From positions 8,035-72,034 of the forward strand of contig CAVTCV010000023.1 in the NCBI GenBank assembly GCA_963733315.1: a stretch of DNA of 64,000 bases, written 5' to 3'. The notes under the pieces were generated by a model. The model saw nothing but the letters and a program-made list of their open reading frames with translations, ran no database searches and was not told the DNA's origin. Made by a program: the position numbers and the translations under genes. This stretch comes from an uncultured Alphaproteobacteria bacterium. GTDB taxonomy: Bacteria; Pseudomonadota; Alphaproteobacteria; Rhizobiales; Xanthobacteraceae. Below are positions 63,221 to 64,000 of this stretch, piece after piece; positions within the stretch are counted from its first letter, which is position 1; each line of letters starts with the position of its first letter.

Positions 63221-64000
63221 GTTGCTGTTGCGTGCGGTGGTGATCGGCGCCGGCTTGATGGCGGCGCCGGCGATGGCGTTCGACGGCACCAAGTCCACCA
63301 ACGCCATGGCGGCGGCGCCGCCGGTGACGGCGATGGAAGCCTTCCGTTCCGGCGCGCATTGGCTCAAGGCCGGCGAAAAGGCCAAGGCCATCCACTCGCT
63401 CGAATACGCCGCCGAAAAGGGCCACCCGCTGGCGCAGTGGAAGCTTGCCCGCATGTATGCCGAAGGCGACGGCGTGGTGCAGGACGACCTCAAAGCCTTC
63501 GAATATTTCCGCGGCATCGCCGACAACCACGCCGACGACAATCCGGACACGCCGCAGGCGCGCTTTGTCGCCAATGCCTTCGTCGCGCTCGGCCACTATT
63601 ATCTCGACGGCATTCCGAAGACCGCGATCAAGCGCGATCCCGACCGCGCGCGCGAGATGTTCGGCTATGCCGCCTCGTATTTCCGCGATCCGGAAGCGCA
63701 ATATAATCTGGCGCGGCTCTATCTCGACGGCGTCGGCGCGCCGCACGATCCGCGCCAGGCCGCGCGCTGGTTCGGCCTGTCGGCGCAGAAGGGGCAGTGC
63801 CAGTCGCAGGCGATGCTCGGCGCCATGCTGTTTGCCGGCGATCACGTGCCCCGCCAGGCGGCGCGCGGGCTGATGTGGCTGACGCTCGCCAAGGACAGCG
63901 CCAAGGACGGCGCCGCCGCCGACCAGGAATGGATCAACCGGCTCTACGACAGCGCGTTCCGGCAGGCCACCGAAGACGAGCGCGCGCTGGCGCTGGTCTA
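63207..64000 (+). CDS. Sel1-like repeat periplasmic protein, ExoR-like (runs off window end)
   Basis: Signal peptide; AQWKLARMYAEGDGV, AFVALGHYYLDG, AQYNLARLYLDG repeats. Confidence 0.85.
   Translation, partial: MRIAELLLRAVVIGAGLMAAPAMAFDGTKSTNAMAAAPPVTAMEAFRSGAHWLKAGEKAKAIHSLEYAAEKGHPLAQWKLARMYAEGDGVVQDDLKAFEYFRGIADNHADDNPDTPQARFVANAFVALGHYYLDGIPKTAIKRDPDRAREMFGYAASYFRDPEAQYNLARLYLDGVGAPHDPRQAARWFGLSAQKGQCQSQAMLGAMLFAGDHVPRQAARGLMWLTLAKDSAKDGAAADQEWINRLYDSAFRQATEDERALALV

Overview
The window joins two unrelated genomic segments at about 7,112. Bases 1-7,112 look like Acidobacteriaceae DNA: a DUF3788 gene end, an internally deleted IS1-family element with intact ends, a DEAD-box helicase, hom, and hpnI, which is cut mid-gene. 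Bases 7,113-64,000 look like a Hyphomicrobiales (Xanthobacteraceae/Bradyrhizobium-like) chromosome. Many conserved genes, including valS and ilvD, carry single-base frameshifts, most likely uncorrected long-read indels. The most notable part is 7.1-18.4 kb, the right-hand part of an island that ends in a duplicated tRNA-Pro-like 3' end (18362-18388). There, modules of 1-3 accessory genes are separated by six co-oriented copies of a repeat built from ~28-bp 11-6/7-11 dyads, which resemble tyrosine-recombinase core sites. One copy is split precisely by a group II intron. Another is split by an IS110/IS1111 element whose 3' non-coding end contains readable guide segments matching that repeat. This parallels how integron attC sites are parasitised and suggests an integron/pdif-like cassette system, but no recombinase gene is visible in the window. 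The rest is mostly core chromosome: alpha-2-macroglobulin-pbpC, lipid A modification genes, metC, aapJQMP, sulfur genes, three tRNAs, pcm-tolC-popZ, valS and ilvD. A small accessory patch holds a Cys-tailed ECF sigma factor with a candidate target promoter, and an orphan contractile tail-sheath gene.
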